Positions 57,939 to 64,000 of a stretch of DNA of 64,000 nucleotides are shown one piece after another; position 1 is the stretch's first letter, and each line of letters starts with the position of its first letter. This DNA is from Amoebophrya sp. A120 (taxonomy: Eukaryota; Protista; Dinoflagellata). The notes beneath the pieces were generated by a model. It worked only from the letters and a program-made list of their open reading frames with translations, ran no database searches and was not told where the DNA came from. Both the position numbers and the translations under genes were made by a program. The stretch is taken from positions 729,643-793,642 of the forward strand of contig CAJINV010000001.1 in the NCBI GenBank assembly GCA_905178155.1, written 5' to 3'.

Positions 57939-60691
57939 GGTCTTGAAGTTTGCGAACAAGGCGGAAAGGGAGAGCCTAGCTAGCACCGGCTAGAACTAGA
58001 AGTAAAGGTAGGAAGGATCGTAACTGTATGTCGTGTCATCGTCCCAAGAATTGGAACGACGGACTGGCAAAACCACCAGCCCCAAATTGGTCTTCCTAAC
58101 TGTAAAAATCGCACACTGTAGTCAACGAATCAATAAAAATATAGAATCATGTTCTGGGCGTACATATGTCACCGGCGGGGGTCGCTTGCATATCACGACT
58201 CTCTCATCTTCATCGCGACTCTCATCTTTCGGATGAACGCGTAGGAATAGTGGAGCGGATTTTGGTTTTGCAAAAGCAAAATCGTGACTGTTGTGCCATT
58301 GATGGCTCTTGGCCAATGTAAAAACGCCCTGCCCTCAGGACACGCACAATGGAAGGGGCGCAACACGTGGAGCGACATCCGCGAAAGGTCGCTCGCGCGT
58401 CTCCTCGCTTGAGGACAAAACTCTGCTCCTTCTTTTCGTTGTGCGATCTGACTTCTTGTACTTCGTGGATCTTGTCGGAATAGATACCAACGCGTCAGCG
58501 CGTCCGGGATACGAATAAATTTGATAGAGATGATCACCATAAGACAAAGAAGCGAAAAAAAGCATGAAAGAAACTAGGCACAGCACAATACTATCATATG
58601 CGAAAAAGTTATCGTTCTCCTCGCCTTGGTGTCCGATCTATGAGGTTCGAAGCGGCATCAGGATGAATTCGTGGAATAGCGGGACCAATTTGTTGGCTTT
58701 ATTTGCACATTGCACACTTTCCTCGCCACTGATTGTTACCACCATCACGTTGGGCACAGCACCACAACGAAAATCGGGGATCATGGTGTAGAAGCTTCTT
58801 CGTTTCGGCCGCCGGAACAAAGGACAGCTCGCTCACAAGATCGGTCACCCGCAGTCCACCACGCCGCGTCTGCTTGGTTCCTCGCCAAACCGACCGCAAG
58901 CGCAACTCCCGTCTTGTCACTTTTCCGCACAACGCCACTGCTTCTCGGATTATAAACTCGGCACTTAGAAGAAAACTTTTCTACGTAGTTGTCTACCGGG
59001 AAACAAGTGTTGCAAAATCTGCGGTCGAAAATGAATAAAAGTCGGAAAGACATCAACTTGAGCTCATAACTGCGAAATGTAGGACAATATTAAAAGAATC
59101 GGCCGCCTCTGGCCGGATTGAGAACTTTTTTACGACCAAAGGACTCCAGGTGATAGTGGAATGGGGAAGCTCCTTATCAGCTCTGCAGTCATTGTCTTCC
59201 TTGGCTTGCCCAAAAACCGCGAAGAGGATATAGTCCGTCGTCTAGGAGAGAAGTGTGCGGCGTAAATTTTGCGTCGTATAGAGGTCGCGGTATGGAGGTT
59301 GCTCCGATAAGATGACCTAGGAAGAAGGGGCCAAAGGCAAGAAAATCTGAAGGCAACTTTAAGACTCATTTAGTTTTTGCTCGAAGCAAACGCAAAACTA
59401 TTCGAAACAAGGATACTGCTACTACTAGATCATTTTCACATTTCTACGCTAAAAGAATTCATCAAGGGATTTATTTTCAAGAATTATTTAGAGCACAACC
59501 AAAATTTGCTTGTTTTCATGTGCGTTGTAATTTCCATCGATCGCTTGAAATATATGTGCGAAAAAACGAAAAGATATCTCCGAAACGCCACTAGAACGGT
59601 TTTGCGTGTTGCGTTTGAAAAGGCGACGACGCGATGAGGGTCAGGACCAAAATACGTACTACTAGATAGAGGTACATTTGAAGAAATAATTTCTCGTACG
59701 GTCGTCATGTGCGATTACAGCGAAGACATCTCAATCTCGGCATTGATTGGCGGTGATACATACAGATACAAGCGTATAAAGGGAATATACGAAAATTAGA
59801 CTGGCACATCCAGTGTGGGGGCCATTGGCATGATCACAATCAGATTCAGAATCTATTATGGTCCCCTCAATGTACATTCAAATTCATAGATGCATTCATA
59901 GAGAAGACTAGCACGTAGTACGTGGCGGTACAGGGCGTAGGAAAAAATAAGTGAACACAGGAGGGTTTTGTATAAGTATAGGGCAGCAAGGTCGATTCGT
60001 GTCTCGTCAGAAAGTGCCTAGAGCGACCACAGCGCCGTGATGTGTTTAAGTGTTGAATGTTCTACCTTTTCTCGGTGGTCATCTAGTAGGTGGAAGCATA
60101 CGAAAACCAAAGTCTGCTGCTGTTTTCGACCTATGAATAGACACAGGAGATGAAAGACATTCCGTGTGCGTCTCACGAACAAGTGGGCGTAAAAAATTGT
60201 TACACTTGAAATTGATGGTGGTAATTATATCACGATTCTCATAGAGCCTTTCAAGTGCGAGAATGAGCTGCTGCACTAGAAGTCCTGTGCAGTCGCAGCC
60301 GCCATTCCGGAGCAGGAGGGTCGTGTGCTGCGATGCACATGCATCTTCTCGCGGATATAAAGTTTAACAGCGTCACCAGAGCCAGGCTGCTCATGCATCT
60401 GACTTGCAACGGTTTTCTTATTTCGTGTAGTAATTTTCCACGGCGATTGTGATGTAAAAAGAGGTTGTACATTGACTGTTTTTTTGCTTTAATACGGAGC
60501 ATATCTCTGCTGCGGTGCCTGCGGCTGCTGCGGTGCCGGCGCATACTCGACATATTGCTGTGATTTTGTTTGCAATTTTGTTCAAAAATAATCAGTGCAA
60601 GAACCAAAAGCATTTGTTGTATTTTTCGAAACAATTCAGAAATCAATTTAAAATTCAGATCAGAGTAAAAATCAACATATCATGTCACCCA

Positions 60692-63600
60692 TTATAGTAC
60701 CGGTTGTCCCCCCTGCCCTGGCGGCGGTTGGTGGTGCTGACCCTGCGGAGGTGCGTGTCCCGCTGGCGCACTTCCTGCTGCCGGCGGTGGCGCTTGCCCA
60801 GCCGGTGGCGGCTGTGTGTGATACTGGTATGATTCCCCAAAGCCCGCTCCGTAATTTGGTTCCTGCGCGACCGGAGGTGGTTGTTGCGCGTGCTGCTGCG
60901 GCGGCGGCGCCTGTGCGTAATGCTGCGGCTGCTGGTGCTGGTGGTGCTGCGGGGCGTGCTGCGGCGGTGGCGCATGTTGGTGTGCTCCCGCGGGCGGCGG
61001 CGCATGTTGATGGTGTTGTTGTGCGGGTGGAGCACCGGCATGTTGCGGTGGAGCACCGGCATGCTGCGGTGGCGGAGCGGCGTGGTACTGGTACTGCACC
61101 GGCGGCGGCTGGCCGCCGGGTGGCGGCGCCGCGGGGGCCGCGTAGTGGTACTGCGGTGGGGGGGCATTGGGATCGTGGGCATACTGCGGTGGGGGCGCCG
61201 CATACTGGGGTGGCGCTGGCGGGGGCGCGGCCGCATACTGCGCGTTCGGGTCGGCATAGTACACCACCTGGGGCTGGGCGTACTGCGGCTGCGCTGCGTA
61301 CTGCGGTTGTTGTGCGTAATACCCAGCATGCGGGTCCACATAGGCCGGCGGGGCCTGTTTTTTTTTTTGCGACGGTCACAGTACTGATAGCTACTGCTAC
61401 ATTAACATTGTTCGTCAACATTCACATCAACAGCCCAGTTGTAGTTCAAAAAGTAGACCACACGCCTGCTTCTACGCAGGAACACAGCTACTTTTTACCA
61501 AAACACCAGTCAGGGAACCATATTATAGTATAAAAAAATTATGTGCTTACGCTATAGTTCACGCCCGGTGGTGGTGCCGCCACTACCGGCATCGGCGCGA
61601 CCGGCGGTGCTTATCAAATGTAAAAATGTCTGGGTCTGGAAGATTGCCAGGTTTGTCATGCACATTTTGCATGACTCCTGATGTCTGTGATGCATGCCCT
61701 AGCATCACAAATTTTGTGAGGGCTTCCTGATGCCTATACCGCATGACAAATGCTCTTTCCGTGTAGCAAAACTTGGACTCTCTTTGCTGCTCATGCAATA
61801 CAGATTTTTTTAGAATCCAAAATCAGGATGACAAGTTGGATTCTTCTAGACCCAGACATTTTTACATTTGATAATGCCAATCCTCGCTCAATGGCGTGTC
61901 TTCCCAGTGCGCGCATGACCATCTCCTGCCTTTTTGCCTCGTCCATCGGTGCCTTATGACCATGAAAAATGCACCCACCCCAAAAGTTGTGATGCGAGGT
62001 TTCCAAATGAAAACCTTTTGTCATGCATCAAAGGAATATGAATCTTTGTGATGCAGAGTCTGGGCGTATATAGCATTGCTTGCATGACAAGCGTCGCTCT
62101 TGCTGGGATCTTTTGCAATACAAATTTCTGCTATTCACGATCGGAAATCTGTGACGCTGATAGATGCAAGAGGGCGAATGTTTCATTTGGAAAGGTTTGC
62201 AATACAAATGCTCCCAAATTCGGGGGTGGGGGCATTTTTCATTGTGATATGCCTTATGACTGGTTTCCGCGGTTTTTAGCAGTAGGTTGGACCCGCGGAG
62301 ATAGACCGTGTTGTCTTTCTGTTATAACATGTTCGGATGGTGGGTCGGATGGTTTGATTCAGAAAAAATGCACAGATAGATGAGGGAAGTTTCAGTTTTG
62401 AGGTTTCTTCGTGAAAAAAAAATAACCGAGGATCACAAATGGAAATGTAGTAAGTACCCATGACACCACTTTGCAGTAAGAAAATCAGCAACATATTGGC
62501 ATGGCAGCGTGGTCTTCAATTACTAGAACTAGTTGTTGATCATGATCATTCCATTACCTCCAAGAATATTCTGATTGCTGCTTCTCTTGACGCATAGTGG
62601 ATGAATGCGAAGCCTCGACTTTTCTGCTTTCCCCCCTTTCCATCGCCCTTCAGCTGGTGTCCCGCCCGCTCCACTAAGAGTACCATCCCTGAGTTGGTTT
62701 CGTTTTTCTTTTTGTGTCCCAAAATTGAAATGGAAATAAGTCATGTGCGACATAATTGTCAGGCTGTGTCTGTGTGCATAGCATCGTTTATAATATCCTC
62801 CAGCAAAACTCATTCCAATCTTCATGTTTAAAAAGTACTTACCCCATTGCGAGAAGAATTTTCCCAATTCGTCCTCCGTGTGCCATTCCTGCACGTAGCC
62901 AACGAAAATTTTCGCCGGATCGGGCGACCGCAAGAAGGGATAGAGCTCCTCTTCGGTTTTCAGCTTGTCCTTCACGTCTTTCTCACTCTGATACCGGAGC
63001 GTCAGGTATGACAGGGCACAACTCCCCCTCCCACTCATTTGTATTGCATGAACAGCAATACAAACGCCAGCGACCCTGGAGCCTGTGCATGACAAATTTG
63101 TGTGCCTACTGTAGTACTGTTTGGGCTTTCGAAATTTGTCATGCAAACAGTGCCACAGGGCAGCGACTGGATTTGGGATTTTGCATGACAAGAAATGAGA
63201 GGGAGGGGGAGTGGTGCACTGTCATATCAGGTGCTGCGGCGGTTCCAGTCCGGGGAAATTGTGTCCGTCTAAGAAATATGGATTGCAAAAATGTCTGGGT
63301 CTGGAAGAATTCATGTTTGTCATGCTTGTCTGGCATGGCTCTTAAATCTGTCATGCACCTTACCCAAGAACCCCATTTTTCTGTCATGCAGAAACGCTGT
63401 TTGTCATGCAGAATAGGCAACACCTAGGAGCTCAGAAACTTGTCATGCTGAGCCAGCATTTGTAGCCTCATCATGAGACGCCACCCAGCATCACAAGTTT
63501 CCAGACCCAGACATTTTTACAATCCATAAGAAAGCGGCGTCCGCGTCTGCCGCTTGCTTGTAGGTGATGAAAGCGAAGGGAAACTTTCCCTCCTTCCGGC

Positions 63601-63966
63601 ACAAAGTCGCTTCCACGAGCGGGCCGTATTTGCCAAAGTGCTGCTGAAGCTGCGTTGGAATTGTTGTGCGAGGAAAGATTGATGGCAAAGTAGATACTTA
63701 ATATAGCTTTCTGTAGATGAATTGTGTCCACCAACAAACGTAGCTGCGGCCTCATTCTTTCACACTCACTACGATACTTATATTTTACCTCACAAAAACA
63801 CTATCAGTACCGAATGGTCATCGATCCAGTTTGGTAACCCTCCGACGTAGAGCTTCAACCGTCGTTCCACATACAGATGCTCATCCTCGCCGAGCCCCCT
63901 GGTGGAGACGAAATCGCCCTTGCCGCCCTTGTGCTTCCCCTTGCCTTTTTCCGAGGGAGCGTACAT
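60692..63966 (-). CDS. Two-RRM RNA-binding protein with Pro/Gln/His/Tyr-rich C-terminus, 9 exons
   Basis: RNP2 LYVGGL and IFVGYV; RNP1 FPFAFITY and RGFAFIHY. Four introners plus GT-AG introns 63650-63810, 62689-62842, 62319-62557 and 61355-61550. Confidence 0.87.
61612..61873. mobile_element. Introner, family A
   Basis: TSD gtgct/atgcc; frame restored. Confidence 0.88.
61955..62249. mobile_element. Introner, family C
   Basis: Perfect TSD tgcct; restores SHKA-PMDE. Confidence 0.92.
63007..63226. mobile_element. Introner, family B
   Basis: Perfect TSD tcagg; restores QHL-T-LRY. Confidence 0.92.
63277..63528. mobile_element. Introner, family A
   Basis: Perfect TSD agaaa; restores AAF-L-DGHN. 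Confidence 0.93.
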
Positions 63967-64000
63967 CTTATCAGTCTATTTAGATGAAATACTTCTTCAA

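Noticed and set aside
58000-60650. Possible additional multi-exon gene(s)
   Set aside because: Only short ORFs without recognisable motifs; no consistent exon chain could be built.
11310-63528. Recurring ATGTCTGGGTCTGGAA units as a CRISPR array or REP elements
   Set aside because: They occur as inverted pairs ~250 bp apart with TSDs inside eukaryotic exons; there is no repeat-spacer periodicity and no cas genes.

Overview
This is eukaryotic DNA, not prokaryotic. It is gene-dense and most consistent with a Syndiniales/Amoebophrya-like parasitic dinoflagellate; that assignment is inferred from intron style and gene arrangement, with no database search. About 16 protein genes form two unidirectional arrays: + strand from 0.9 to 20.3 kb and - strand from 22.4 to 64 kb. 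The arrays converge on a GpC-depleted AT-rich island. The dominant feature is 34 MITE-like inserts (93-507 bp, about 9 terminal-inverted-repeat (TIR) families), all inside coding exons of 10 genes. They share one grammar: 5-bp target duplication (TSD) | TAT...TIR...ATA | 5-bp duplication, with a common internal GCAT(G/C/T)ACA motif. Removing the element plus one 5-bp copy restores the reading frame in all 34 cases, so they behave as non-canonical introns (introners). Almost none can be written as GT-AG, and copies of one family sit in both orientations relative to transcription. Ordinary GT-AG introns coexist in the same genes. No transposase, rRNA, tRNA or CRISPR was found. All coordinates were read by hand, and splicing is inferred from frame restoration, not from RNA data.
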